A stretch of 64,000 nt of DNA from NCBI GenBank assembly GCA_000934665.2, contig JYFJ02001692.1, forward strand, positions 1 to 64,000, given 5' to 3'. Under the pieces are notes generated by a model. It searched no databases. It was given only the letters and a program-made list of their open reading frames with translations, and was not told the origin of the DNA. Source of the DNA: Catajapyx aquilonaris. Lineage: Eukaryota. Numbering within the stretch: the stretch's first letter is position 1; each line of letters begins with the position of its first letter. Positions 1 through 14,059 of this stretch are shown here, piece by piece. A program made the translations under genes and the position numbers.

Positions 1-114
1 TGTCCGCGCAATTTTTAGGGGGGGAGGTAATAAATTGTCCGCTTCTGTCCGCAAAGGGGAGGGGGGGAGGTAAAAAAGTGAAAAAATCTGTCCGCGCGGA
101 TTATGGACGGCCCC
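1..114. mobile_element. Right end of a PIF/Harbinger-like MITE, abutting the end of a TTAA-type MITE (115-137)
   Basis: Ends TTATGGACGGCCCC; the following CTGGTAGCGAAGGGGTTAA is identical to the right end of the element at 19183-19921. Confidence 0.55.
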
Positions 115-306
115 ATAGCTGGTAGCGAAGGGGTTAACGCATGTTTGGAGGTAGGAATGTTTGGTGTGTTCCAGCTGAAAATTAATGTCCATAATCGTTA
201 GCAATTTTTGGCACTAAGCACTTACATAGTTACATTTCGTGATTATCAAAAGTATTAGCAACGAGCGATAAGCCAAGGTGCATTATCAATTGAAGGCCCT
301 TCAACA

Positions 307-373
<67 letters not shown>
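307..373. repeat. (AAT)n microsatellite
   Basis: Perfect trinucleotide run. Confidence 0.98.
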
Positions 374-379
<6 letters not shown>

Positions 380-1597
380 GAAGTGTAAAGTCGGCAGTCT
401 TGGCTGGGTTTCGATGTATGATTGTCAACAACAACATTCAATAAATAATAAACTGGTGTTTCATTGCTCATTCTCTTTGACCATCCAAGTCTACAACTGT
501 ACACAACTTGACCGCACATGCTATACAGCATGCGCCCTAAAGCAGAAAGGGGACAATAACATTTGCTCAAACCCACACACCATGCCTATTCCACCCACAC
601 ACATATCCCGTATCCCTTTTCCATGAAGACACTACAGTACCGGTACTGAGAACAGGTATTCCAGTGTCTTGCGCTATAGGCTACTACACTGTATATCGGC
701 TATACACTTTATACGCTTGGAAATTCTGAAAGGTACCTTGAAAAAGTCTCATCGAATCACGCTTGCGTGATTTTTTACGATCTTGTTTCCTACTGGTATT
801 AAGTTTGAAAAGCTGGGGTTTGAAATGTGCCACTTTGCGAATTTTTATAGTTTTATAATATTTATATTACCACTAACCATTCTGAAAGTGAGCAACAATT
901 TTATGTGCATTTTACGATGTGTTGCTGACATGCTGTAAAGCTATGACCTGCTATTAATATTGAATTATTTCCATTAATTTGGAGGGCATACAACCTGGAA
1001 CCAAACTAAGAGCTGAAGAGCCTCGTACTGCAGTAACTGCACACACGTATTGTGCATATAGGCACGCTACTGAACAGCAGTGCAAGGGGATTGATAGTCT
1101 ATTGCAGTAAGTTAATTGACAATGCTCAAAATGATTTTTTAAAATGAACAATAATAAGTGGTGTTTCCTATGCATTCACAGGCGCTGATTTTAAAATATA
1201 TATCTGAAGTCAAAATTTTCTGTCGGCAACTATTTTCTTGTAAAAATAAACCTATACCTTTTCTATACGTATGGCTCAATATATGACCTCATATTTTACA
1301 ATAACATCCTTGTAATTCCATATAAGAATTGTGGTTCATTTACTGCTACTGTATCACAATAGGGGCAGCGTTAAGTCGTCCATTAAGTAAGTCTTATTAC
1401 TTTATTAGTTATTACTTACTCAGAAATGTCAAATTATGAGAAATTTCAAACTGTACGACTCATAACTAAGCTATAATGAATATTTTATTCATATTTCATA
1501 ATGTAAATGCAGTACATGTATCAGCTATTATTCCCTCAATTTTTTTCTTTCTTTGTGTGTCAAGAAGGATGCTCCTCAAGCATAAAATCCACAAAAT

Positions 1598-1859
1598 GAG
1601 TGGTCTGAGATCAAAAACAGCCAAGTCCACTTGAAAAAACTGGCCGTAAAATGAGAAAAAACTCATAATTACTTAACTTTCACTGGTACAATCTTGAAAC
1701 TGCTGGAAACCTTTTACGTCAATATGTTGACGCAGCTCTGCTACATACACAAATGCTCAATTAATATCCAAGGACATTAAAATACATAACTGCTGCACGT
1801 ATTTGTGTTACACCCCGCCCCCAGAAGTGGACTTGGCCGTTTTTGATCTCAGACCCCTC
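1598..1859. mobile_element. MITE with about 35-bp terminal inverted repeats
   Basis: GAGTGGTCTGAGATCAAAAACAGCCAAGTCCACTT is mirrored at 1825-1859; a related fragment lies at about 3250. Confidence 0.65.
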
Positions 1860-2212
1860 AATAGTCAAATACATGTTAGGTCAGGATACGGTAACATCAT
1901 CATATATAAAACAGAGTTTAATTGTTGGTATATACAGTATGTGTGTATGTCACGGCTTTTTAACCCACTTCTCGAGTACCGAGAGCACCGAAACTGGCCA
2001 CACCCACGTCTTACGTTTCGCTGATTCCGGTAAAAGTCCAAAAACCGCACTTTTTTTGGAGTCTAAATGACTAAATTTTAGGATTTTCCCGGTCTCCGGC
2101 AATTATAGCTTACTCTACCATGGAAACAGGACTTGTGAAGAACGGGCTCCGCTGCTATAGTTAAAAATATACATATAGGTATACAGTATAATTATCAGGG
2201 GATTTTATTTGC

Positions 2213-2294
2213 TACCATAAAAATGCAGGTTACTCAAAAACTGTGGGTTCTATATAGAACCCACAGTTTTTGAGTAACCTGCATTTTTATGGTA
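2213..2294. repeat. Perfect 82-bp palindrome
   Basis: Self-complementary about TAT|ATA at 2253/2254. Confidence 0.95.
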
Positions 2295-5200
2295 TGGTAT
2301 GGAAAATATGGGTTAATACGTATATTTGAAATAATTAGCAAAAAATAGGATAATGATTTATAAAGCAAGTGTCAAAGCTCGAAGACTGCATTACCCAACT
2401 GATGGATAATTACTTTGAAGTTTAATAGAGTGTAGATTGATTTTTAAAGATGTTCAATTAAGTTCAGGATAATACCAGCAAAATAATGTTTTCAGCAAAG
2501 CTATCCTGACAGGTGCATTAGAGATCAACTGCATACTATAAGGCATACTTGATTCATTCATTTGTGATTTCAAGCATTTTCTATCTCCCTGTGGCTAATC
2601 CGTAACACTCCCCCTGTGACCCAACCCTCCCCCGAAGGAGAGGGTCTAAGTGTAAGTAATAAAATAATTTACCCTTTTTACAATCCGCCCCTTTTCAACC
2701 CAACCAGACCCTCCCCCAACCATCCACCTCTGCCTGAGGTCAAACCGACACTAACGCCATCTAAGCGGATTTTCCGCGAACTGTTTTTGGGTGAATCGGG
2801 ACCTTAATTGGTACATGGGCATTCGGCCTAATATCAGCAGGTGCTATTCCAGACACTCGAGAAAGTAACTCTTAGTAAGTAGCTGATTAAAAAGTAGCAG
2901 CTTACGCGATTTTCACAATAACTGTTGGGGCGATAAAGTTGGATCACCCTGTATGTGGTCGCTAACGTATAATCCCATTGCGTATGGAAATGTACCATTT
3001 TTGTCACTGTCACTTCATAACTTTTGCAAATATGGGCTTCAGCCAGAAATGACTTCATTTTTTGTTATCATATATTGTCCTTTATTAGCATATTCAGTTT
3101 CATCTAGAGCCGTTATTATCACCCGAGATATGTTCCTTGTATAAGTATTTGACACATTTTATTACACTCTTTTAATGTGAAGTTCCAGGTTAAGGGTAGC
3201 AGGGTTCTGATATTCCTTTTCTCTTCTTTGTCATGAAGTGCAGTGCACAAAAACGGTCAAGTCCACTTGGAAAAACTGGTCGTAAAATGGGCAAAAACTG
3301 CTGATTACTTATTATACACCGCCCGGGAGTTCCCTTTCGCCTGCGTCAGGAGGGTCTCTGACCCGCACCTTGGAGGTGTCTGGCAACCTAACCTGCAGGG
3401 AGACTGCACATGACCCCTTTACCGACATTGCACCTGCACCTGTGTCTCCTCGGGTCGTTAGGGTAAATAGGGTTGGCAGAAGGACGCGGGGTCATGAGCG
3501 GATATAGAGAAGGGGACAGGAGAAACATGAGATGGCAGGAAGGGACTAATTAGCATCAGGAGAAGGAAGGTGGTAAGGGAAGATAGGTATAAATTAAATA
3601 ACCTTTAGAAATAGTTATTACAAAATTGCTTAAAATGATAAGCGTTAGTGCATCTAACCATGCATAGTAACCACTCTGGACAATATTATATTCAGTTGAA
3701 CCGCTATACACCTTTAAACTTCTCACGCATAAATAAGCGTCAAAAGGTCGAGAGAAAAAACTCACGCTTAGACCAAGCGTGATCACGTCACTCATACCTA
3801 TGAGCCACTTTGGTGACCCATATCTTCACGCATATATTGATTATATAGATTTATTACTTATGTACTGTATATTAATTATACTGTAGCGAATCGGGCAGGG
3901 TGGATGGGGTTCCTAGGCCTTTAGCATGGGGGCGGCAGTAGGCAGCTCGTCTAAAGTGTCTTCGGGTCTATGGGATTATATGTGTAAACATTTCATCAAG
4001 CCATTTCTGCTCAGTTTTTGATCCGATATTGATCCGAAAGAATGACAACATTTCCGTATGCCACGCAAACAAAGATTAAGACACTTTCCAAAGGTCAAAC
4101 TAAAAATGTGTTGTGATTGTGAGTTTTAATAAGCTATGTTTAATTTCACGAGTTTTATACCTTATTTGTAGTGCATGTGTAGATGCATGGGTATACAACA
4201 ACATACTAGGTTTTGGTCGAAATCGGACAAGAGTTGTCGGGAAGGGGGGTTCAGTTAACGTGGAATGCCTCATGTATAAAAATTATATCAAGGCGAGTGC
4301 CGTGAGAGCATGACATTTACAAACGTAGTATGCGTTAGCACCTCTGATCACGCATAAAAGTACATCATGAAGAACCAAATGTATGCGTACTTTTAAGCGT
4401 GATCAATCAGAGGTGCTAACGCATAGGTTTATAAACGTCATTATTTCACGCATAAAGAAAAGTTTTCAGGCATACGGTGGCCATATGCGTGATCAGTGTA
4501 CCTTTAAAAGCAACTTCACGCATAAAAATAAACGTGATTCGATATTCTCACGCATAAAGTGCTTAGGCTATAAGCGTGATTGTATGCGCGAAGAGTTTTA
4601 GAATCAGTGAAATAAAAGTACCATTCAATCACACTTGCAATGGTTATGAATATATTCAGGAATAAATATGGCGAAGGTTACGAAAAGTTTACACCCCGGA
4701 ACGGCAGAAAGAGCCAGGCGGTATTCCGAAAAGGTTTGCTATCTTATGCTTTTGTCTATTCAAAGGGATTCTGCAGATTCGCTCTAGTCGATATCATATC
4801 TGTTGTTGGATGACAATGTAAGTCACTATGTAACTGGGTTATCTGCGACAATCAATATAGGCTACCTGTATTCAAATTAAATAAGGCCGTTTGGTAGCAG
4901 CTATTATTAACTACTGCCGTGCTATTGCTCTAAAATACAGGTTCTCTACACATTTGAGACTTGACCGGGCCTTTAAGTTACATGTCATTAAAATGTCTCA
5001 TTATGTTGTAAGTGACTCTTTCTCCATCAGTAAACCGCGAAATGTCAACAAGAAGCATATATCTGCCATCTACCGGCTGATGCAAAAACTACAGTTTAGT
5101 CCACCATTTACCGTAAATGGTGTAAGTTTCAGTGTATTTATTTTTCTCACAGATTAGCCGAAGGTTGTTCACCTAATCTGAACGGGATCAAATTCCATGG

Positions 5201-8186
5201 CAAGAAAGGCGGTGACAAATCGAATTGTCAACTTTGACCAATTGAGTGTCTCCCAAACTCAAGAGGGAGGACACATTGACCAAACTATTTTTTTTTCCAT
5301 CTCACTTTAAAAAAAAAATAGTTATCTGAGATGAACTAAGAGGAACGCAACTGGAATGGCTAAACGGCTATGATGATACTGGAGATCGGGAGGAAAAAAT
5401 GAGAATGAGTCGTCTAGAGTGTGAATCATGAGGTTCAAGGCGAATGATAATTATTGTCTCGAGCGTTAGAGATGGAATAGTATGATAATATTGGAATCGC
5501 ATCCAGTCATTATCTCGTCGCTGTCAAGTGTAATCAAATACATAATTACAGGGTGTTCACAAAAAGTGCGCGATCGTTTAAGTTGGCAGTGGCTTTGGTT
5601 GGCTTCTCTTTGACCTCGAATTTCCTAACCGGAAATCTTGTACGCAACTGGTATTAAACTACATACCTATGTACGTTAAATTTTGGAATGATGTCATCTT
5701 TGTTAGCATAATTACTGTGAAGTGTTTAATAATGGCAACAATGATGACATCAGCCCGAACTCGCGTGAATAATAGACGAAGGTTTACAAAATCTCTGGTA
5801 TACCGCGGTTCAAAAAATGTCGATATGGACGTACACTTGTGTGCAGTAGTAGCTAAAGGTCTTTGCCATCATGTGACAATGTGTTTTGTAGGACATTCTT
5901 CTTCAAAATTGTCCTCCAAAGTCAAAACTTTGACTCTTTTAGGGGGCCATCTACATAGGGGCTTACATTAGGGCTACTTAGGGGGCCATCTAAATGAGCA
6001 GCAATTCGCAATAATTAATTGTTTTCATTAAATGTTTACAGAGCAACTTGCAACTCTTGAAATGAGATTTCCTATAATGACCATCAATATTTAAATTAAA
6101 ATGCCTTATTTTATTAGGATATCTCTTTATTACCTAATAATAAGCCATATGCAGAATTAGCCGCAAATGCATTTTCCTTTAACCTCCCTATATGCTGTTG
6201 GTGTGAATTTTTTGGGTGCAGTGGTGAAATGCATATGACGAGGTGCGTCATCAATCACGAAGATTAGCTGCGCATTTTAATTCTCCCGGGAGACAAGCCA
6301 TTAGTAAAGGCAGAGCAGATTTTGGTGAAGGTTTCGAGGTCAGCCGACATGTCATAAAATAAGTAGGACTTCGGATGAAGAAAAAACATGCGTGAATGAC
6401 GGCTTATTATGCTCTGGTTTGTCCAAAATCTCGCGATATTTTGACCATCAAGTTACCTGTAAGACCCTGTTATTATCATCTCAACCCATGTATGAGTGGC
6501 GAATATGCCATCCCCAAAACACAAGGGACAAAATTAAATTTTTTTGGTATTAATAAATTTCTTTCATTGAAATTTGCTTTGAAATCATTTTGATTACACT
6601 GTACAACATATATTCTGGATAAAATGATTAAACTGATTTTCATGGATGGTTTATTCAAGGCTCACTTTCAGCATGGATCGCGATAATTTTTATTACGGTT
6701 ATAAATAAAAAAATTACATGAACAAGTGAAGCTCAATTTTTCCCTTATTGTTATTATAGATCCCCAATCTAATTTGAAAATCACGAATTTGCAATTTTTT
6801 CCACCTTCAAATGGCCCAGCCTTTGCGGAAAATGTTCATTTAATTTTTACACGGCAATGATGGAAAAGGAAACATTTTTGGAGGTGCTACATATTGTTCA
6901 CTGAAGTACTTCAGATTTTTTAAAAATAATTCAAGGGATTGTAACACATGCGACCATTACGACATTGAAAAAATGGCAAATCTGCGATTTTCTAACTCAT
7001 ATTTTTCAGTTGGAGATCTTAGTGCAAATTTTTTTCATGTGTAATAGTATTAGGAACAATCTCACAAAAAATTCTCGGGATTCATTCCGAGAATTTTTCT
7101 GCAACAAGCCTGCATGGTGCTTTTGGTCCACTGTGGAATTTTCCAACCTTTTGTAGTTGACTAATGCCTACACATAGGCAAATACTATGCAAACCAGCCA
7201 CAGTGTTTGCGGGTTTGAGACGGACATTGCCAAAATGCTTCGCGCATAATTGAAAGTGTGCAAACAAAAATAAGTAGGCTATATCTACATAGTTGGGACA
7301 CTTGAGATAATCACACTTTTACACAAACATGTATAACTATGCAGTGATATGGCAAGAAATCAGCTTCTTAACCAGGATATCATTTTAATTTTGGGAACAT
7401 CATATCTACATCATTACACTTAGCTCATGGCCTACTTTTCAGTTATGTTTAAAAATCACAGATTTTTATTTTACTTAGCTCTTTAATCGACATGTAACCC
7501 CTTCAGTTCATCTTTCATTATATTTCAAAAATAAGTTTTGTTCCCTTAGCAATAGAAAATGTAGACTACCGATACATTCCCAAAATTCAGCAACATTGTA
7601 TCACTCCACGAGGTTCACTCTTTGATATAAGGCACAAGCCGAGGAGTGAGTCAGGAATAGACGTGATGAAGTGTCAAGAGGTAGACGATGTACTGAGGAT
7701 GGATTGGACATGCGTGGGAGTGTAACCCACGAATATGGAGCTCCAAAGTGTCAGCTCTGACTGACCGTTACCTACCAGAAATTGGGTGGAACAAAACTGA
7801 AGGCCGGGACAACTGCTGGGATGATGAAATCCATAACTAATCCACTAACTTATGGAGCAAAACTTGGCTAATTCCGACTTCAAATATTCCAAGTAAACTT
7901 TGTCATGTGTGGTCATATGCGGCCGAAATGATACGCAGAATATGATCGCATATAGAGCACTTTAAGTAATTGTTTAAATTACAATAAAATCGCTGTAATG
8001 CAGGTTAAACCTTAAACGTAATGACTTGATGTTAAAATCAAATACTGATAGGATTATTATCACGATATTTTTTTTAAATGATATTTTACCACACATAAAG
8101 AGAAACATCGTGTTTTAATTGCTGGAGAGAAAAACCCATATTTAACATTAATACTGCGCCGATGGCCCAACAGGGAAAAATAAAAC

Positions 8187-8187
<1 letters not shown>

Positions 8188-8245
<58 letters not shown>

Positions 8246-8279
8246 TTTTATTTTTATTATTTTTATTTTTATTTTTATT
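8188..8279. repeat. (TTA)n microsatellite with a degenerate 3' end
   Basis: Direct observation. Confidence 0.95.
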
Positions 8280-10149
8280 ATTAATACTGCGCCAGATGTG
8301 ATACAAGTCACACGTGAGCATAATTAGCGCAGGCGGACTTTTCAAAGAGAAGGTCGAACCGTGCTTCTGTAAGAAGGGCTCAAGGAGGTTTCTCTTGGAC
8401 AGTTCGTGGTCAGGTACGACAGTTTTTGGGCGTAAACCACCAGCTCATCAGACCCTTTCAAGGTGGGACATATAGCTGAAGGAAACTGGAATTTTGCTGT
8501 TGACAGCGTTTCTCAAGGATATGTCAGTCTAATCCAAACCACAATTTTCGACCTTAGTCTGCATTTTGCAAGAAAGGAAATGCGAATTAATTCTCAGGTC
8601 ACATTGCCCACAACTTTGTCCACAAGAGTATAGCAGGCCTATAGTATACGTACTCTGTAACAACTGTTGTATATAGCCTCGTTTATCCAAACTGCACAAG
8701 TGACCCATTAATTCCCATTAAGTCACCACCTCTACAGAGATCCATCTGCACATTTTTCGCATATACCGGTACCGGTACTGTGTGTAATATAAGCGTGTTC
8801 ATAAGTAGTCTTATGGGTATTCCATGTATCAGTCCAGAATATAATGTTTGGCTGACTGATAAAATCCCGAACATTAACTAAAACAGCTTCATGGAATAAC
8901 CCTTCGAACAGGCTCATGGAACACTGTCTGAAGGTCACTGAAATGGCCTACAGACATAATAATATTATGATGTGCTACTAGTAGATGACTTGCTCGCCTT
9001 CAATGGCCTAGTTATCATTGTGTATTGCAAAAGACCTGACTTAAACCTGATAAAAAAGGGAAGCCAGGTTTGGGTTGAACCATGTTGAACCCAGCATCTT
9101 CTATTCGTAGAAGCAAGCATTACTTCTGGGCCACTCCACTTCCTCCCAAAATGGGGCCCAAAATAGGTCTACAAAATTGCACCTGTGATTGTGTTTACAG
9201 GTGTGATTGACTTGCGTAGCCTTGACTTACGTATATCCAGAATTATGTAAAGCAATTTCCAACATGCGCAAAGAACCTACATAATTGACAGAACAAACTG
9301 GTAATGTACGTATAAAATGCTGCCAACTGTAAGAAATTAAATTGTGGTGTGTGGCAACTTGCACCTGCCCAGAAAGACTCATTTCCTCACTCGACAAGTG
9401 ATAGACATTTACCGTCTGCTTCTGGGCCTCACAGGGAATCCCTTCCCACTTGCAATGGCCTCAACTGAATATGAAAATGACTCCAACATTGGATAAGATA
9501 CAGTATAGGATATTGCACACTTAGAAAAAAGTTATGTTGTGTAAAAATCTATTACAGTAGACTGTGGATATGACGGACTTCAAGGGACCTCGAAAATAAG
9601 TCTACAGACTATTATAACCGAGGTCTGTTATAGCCAAATTGCCACTTTTGCAACGAACACACAAGGTTTCCTGCCTGCTGTATCCCTACAGTACACTACT
9701 GCATACTTATTAATGAACTATCCACAAAAATGCAAAATTAGCTCATCCGTAAATTATGCAGGGCAAAAAATCCGCAATTTTTTTGTGCTGTCTCCTTATT
9801 ACCAAATATTCCAGAAACATACCCTTTTCGGCAAGTGTAAAGGAGCTCTTAAGCTTGCTGCACAACATCTTGGCCAGAATTTGTCTCACTGGCAATTGCC
9901 TCACTCAGGTGTAGTCTTGGGTATAGCATGCCAATTCATGGCTGGGAACCGCGGTCAGCTCTGTGACCCAGCACTAGGAGGGGAGTTCATTAAAACTCCC
10001 AGATACATTAAAAAGAGCACACGTGTGCCTCAACCTTGAGATGCAATACTGGTGACTCGGAAGCTCAGATAAGTGACAGATGGGAAAATCACCCTGGCTC
10101 CGGTATACAGTGCCTTCCTATGCATGGTAAGGTGATGCCGGGTAATCGA

Positions 10150-11090
10150 AAACAACATGACGTCTTGGAGGATATCCCTGTACACCTCCTTGGTCATGAT
10201 TCCATCAATCCAGTGAAGAAGACCAACTCCAAAGGAGCTGAAGCTACTCCATCTCAACTTGATACAGAAACAGTGGCGCAATGTCATTGGGTTAGACGAA
10301 TCGAAGTATCTGATGGTGGGAACTGATGGAATAGCCTACATTTGTCATCCCAAAAGGTGCTCGTTTCGATCCCAAGTGCCAGATGCCGACCGACCAGCAT
10401 GGCAGAGGATACATGATGGTCTGGGGCTGCTTCAGCTCCTTTGGAATAGGTCCTCTGCAACGGATTGTCAGTATCATGGCCAAGGAGGTGTACAGGAATA
10501 TCCTCCAAGACGTCATGTTGCCATTTGCAAGGTGTGTGTTTGGCCATTCTCTACTGCAGGGGTGGGCAACCTTTTTTCTCCATGGGCCGCATAGAGATTT
10601 TTAAAAATTTGACGGGCCACATCTAACAAAAGAAATTTCAACTTATTAAAAAGTTTACAATTATATCCATCGTTTTAAATGAACTTCCATTAATTGCATA
10701 AATTATCATTAAATTCTCTGAAGATCGATAAAATGAACTAAATATATTCAATGAAAATGTATAAATAAAAAACTGTTTTTGTGAATTTAAAAGAATTAAA
10801 AAGAAAGGCATAAGCATGCAATTTTGCAATTTTAAATGTTCAAAATTTTCAGGAATTCCGGAAATTTTGCGCGGGCCGCAGAACTTGTCTTCACGGGCCC
10901 GGATCCGGCCCGCGGGCTGTGGTTGCCGATCCCTGCTCTACTGTACCAGCATGACAATGACCCAAGGCACTCGTCTGCGCTCATCTGTACTTGGCTGTAC
11001 CAGAAGGGGGTGTACGTAATGGACTGGCCAAGCCAATCTCCAGACCTAAATCCAATCAAGAACCCCTGGGGGATCCGCTTTGTCATCTGA
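10150..11090 (+). pseudogene. Decayed Tc1-family transposase fragment
   Basis: LDESK, MVWGCFS, QHDNDPRH and WPSQSPDLNPI(K)N motifs across frameshifts; interrupted by a hAT MITE. Confidence 0.85.
10557..10935. mobile_element. hAT-type MITE inserted in the Tc1 remnant
   Basis: CAGGGGTGGGCAACC / GGTTGCCGATCCCTG termini; 8-bp TSD CTCTACTG; removing it restores GHSLLYQHDND. Confidence 0.9.
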
Positions 11091-11154
11091 AGAACAAGAG
11101 AGCATCCAGTACAGAAAAACAGTAAGAAAAACATTATTTATTTTCTCCCTGACA

Positions 11155-11412
11155 GGGAGGCATGGTGGTCTGGTGGTTACGCCACTGGCCAGCCAAGCGG
11201 GAGGCAGGATTCAAATCCCGTCCCCGTCACCTCTGCTTGGCAGGGTCTTTTTCCGCTTTTCACCTGATATGCCGGGGCAGAATTGCACTCCCTACTCTGC
11301 CCAGGGCCAGGAGAAAAGGTCTGGTGTATTTCAGAAAGTCAGAAATGACTATAGCGCCTCCCCTCGGGAACTTCCCCTTCCCCCCTAAAAGGGCTCCGCC
11401 CTATCACAGGGT
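11155..11412 (+). mobile_element. tRNA-derived SINE, family B
   Basis: A-box TGGTCTGGTGG, B-box-like GATTCAAATCC, shared 3' tail; second copy at 14269. Confidence 0.75.
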
Positions 11413-12397
11413 AAATGTTTTTTTCAAAAACATTTCCCCCCTGAAACTCAGAAATTCTTCAAAACTTACATATTCTCTCTAAACGCCATTTGTTCATCAT
11501 CTCAATCGGATCACCCTGGAAAAAGTTAAGCCCAAAAAACAAAAAAAGTTGATAAAATTATGACCCCTGTACCTGGCATGAATCGTGTATGAAAATATTG
11601 GTTTTTGAAACCTTACAATTCACATTTGCTTATTTTGTTTCGAACACACAATTAAAAACATGCATAAATGCTAATTTGTTATGCTTCTTTTCATATGCCA
11701 GTGCTTTACCCTTCCTGCTTAGGTAAGCTGTCAGGGATGACTTCGAGAGGTCATAACTTTTGACCTTGTATAGCTCACGACATGGTTTGCATTTTGGTGA
11801 ATGACTTACCTGCCTCTATTATTGTGCCAAGTTTCATTCAGAAACTCTATCTGTAATGTGTGAAGTTCCTTTGTCAGATTCACTATGAACTTTTTAGACT
11901 AGTGGTTATAATCATTATGCAAAAATAATTTGGATCATGTCACACAGGACAATGAAAAAACAAGTCTCAAATGACACAATGTAATTGAGCATGTGGTGTG
12001 AAATTGACCCCTTTGAGCAGCAAAAGGCTACTAGCTACTGCATTATCAGAAATAACAAGTGAAATTGAAGCAAAAAATAACTGTCCTTTTATTTACACAT
12101 CCCACTACATGTTATTATCAAGCATCCCTTTTACTACAGGCTGGATCTTCTTTGTTTGAAGGTCAATACTGCCAATAAGTACGTGAGCCAATCACAAGGC
12201 TCTGCCCTAACTAGCAAGAATGCAGTATCTGCCATTATTTTACGGCAGTTCCCATCTTCCTGTTTGAAAGGGCAAAATTGGAGAGTATCTCCTGATTGTC
12301 TAACATACTATAAGGACAGCATTACAGACTTAAATATGGCAATGAATTGCTACACCAAAATACAAGAAGTCTGTAGCCACCAACAATACACATCATC

Positions 12398-12642
12398 TCA
12401 TTCATCCCAAACATCACCATATTTATTTTTCTGGCGGCCAATCCCTTGTGAAGGGGGAGGTGGTGGTGGGGCATCAGTCAGGATCCTTCTTGGAGGTGGT
12501 GGGGGTTCAAAGATGGTGGGCGATCCCCTCTTGAAAGCTTCTTGACGTTTCTGCTCAAATTCTTCCCGGTTCTTCTTGCGCAGTTCCTCATAGTTGGTAA
12601 CGCTCTGAGGACTAACTGCTGGCTCTTCCACTAGACCAGGAT
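12398..12642 (-). CDS. OCIAD1: OCIAD1 terminal exon (PGLVEE...TNYEELRKKNR...KNKYGDVWDE*)
   Basis: YEELR.KNR motif and the family C-terminal NKYGD.W motif; minus-strand AATAAA at about 12088-12093; total CDS is 810 nt. Confidence 0.92.
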
Positions 12643-12835
12643 CTGTGCAGAAGGAACATGCCATACCATTTATTACCTTTTATAAAAACGAAGGTTTCGG
12701 TCAGCTTTATTACATATCTTGCAGTCTGATTTGCAGTCTTTCATATTCTATCCAACATCTTTTATCATTCAGTTTCATGCCATGTGCACAGTAGGCTAAT
12801 ATGACAAGTTACTTGTCCATAATACCGTATTACCT

Positions 12836-13538
12836 CTCATAAAGCTGCATGCTGGTATAAAACGAGGTCGACCAGCATGCAGGTATAGCCCGGGGGTGGC
12901 CAGCATGCCGCAATAACCAAGGCAGATTTCCGTAATTTTGATCCTTGCCAAATTTTTTTGGAATGCTTCTGGTACAGTACTAAAATAATGTTACAATGAA
13001 AATGGGCGAGTGTACCGGCTTTGAGAATATGCAAGTTCTGTTGCACAGTGCAAAAAATGTAGAGTGTGTGACCAATCCCATCGTCAGCCTGCTTTGACAG
13101 GGGAACCACCTGCTCCAACATACTGTTTAAAAAGGGATTATTGCATGACACTGCAATTGAAAACAATATATGGTACAGGATATGGTATCATCAGTCCAAA
13201 AAGAAGTGTCCCTCGCGTCGAGCGGGCAGCCACGCATCAGGATGAAAGGAACCAGTTAACTGGTTGCTTTCATCCTGACGCGTGGCTGCCCGCTCGACGC
13301 GAGGGACAATTCTTTTTGAACCGTTGATACAGGTATTAGGAAAATGTGCCTTTTTGATAGCCTTTATGTGAATTTCAATTTTCAGGCAAATGTCAAGTTC
13401 GGAAAGTATCATGTAACTTATGTGAAAACCTCGTCTCTTACTGGTGCATACCTCGCCTTATACCAGCATGCAGGTATAGCCACCAGATCATGCATTTCTA
13501 AAAACTGGTCGACCTACACCAGCGTGCCACTTTATGAG
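12836..13538. mobile_element. Non-autonomous TIR element with an internal palindrome of about 120 bp (13198-13318)
   Basis: CTCATAAAG...GCTGGT / ACCAGC...CTTTATGAG termini; near-perfect central hairpin about GTTAAC. Confidence 0.6.
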
Positions 13539-14059
13539 CTAGGCAATATGGCATCAAACAATGTGACTTTTAATAACTGAATTGAAATACACCTCTCAGG
13601 GTTCCTTATAGTTAGGTTAGCCAGCTTGAACTTCAATGGGATATCACATTAAGTTGTCTAAACTACATATTTAAAACTGCATTATAACTGTTGATATTAT
13701 CAAGCAGCATGGGATTATTAAAGGAAACTACATTATTTACATAACATACATAACATACTTAAATGAAATCACAAGGACCAAAAATGTCATTTTTGGTTGC
13801 CTGCACTTGATAGTGATTTCAGCAACTAGCAGCTACCAATGCAATGGTAGTGTCTGAGGAGTTGTATTCAGATGGTTCATCCCACACAACCCCAACTGTG
13901 ACATCAGGTACTATGTTTCTCAAAAAGATATAGACGATTTTGCATTGAAACCAAATGCAAAATCATATCCAACATTTTGAGCAAAATAGTACTCTCCCTC
14001 ACACTGTTCCATATTACAGGCTAGAAAAAAATGACTGTGGAGGACTTTAGTGAACTTAC

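Noticed and set aside
255..576. Poly-Leu and poly-Ile ORFs (likewise poly-Asn at 8060-8311 and poly-Tyr at 37579-37797)
   Set aside because: Translations of AAT microsatellites
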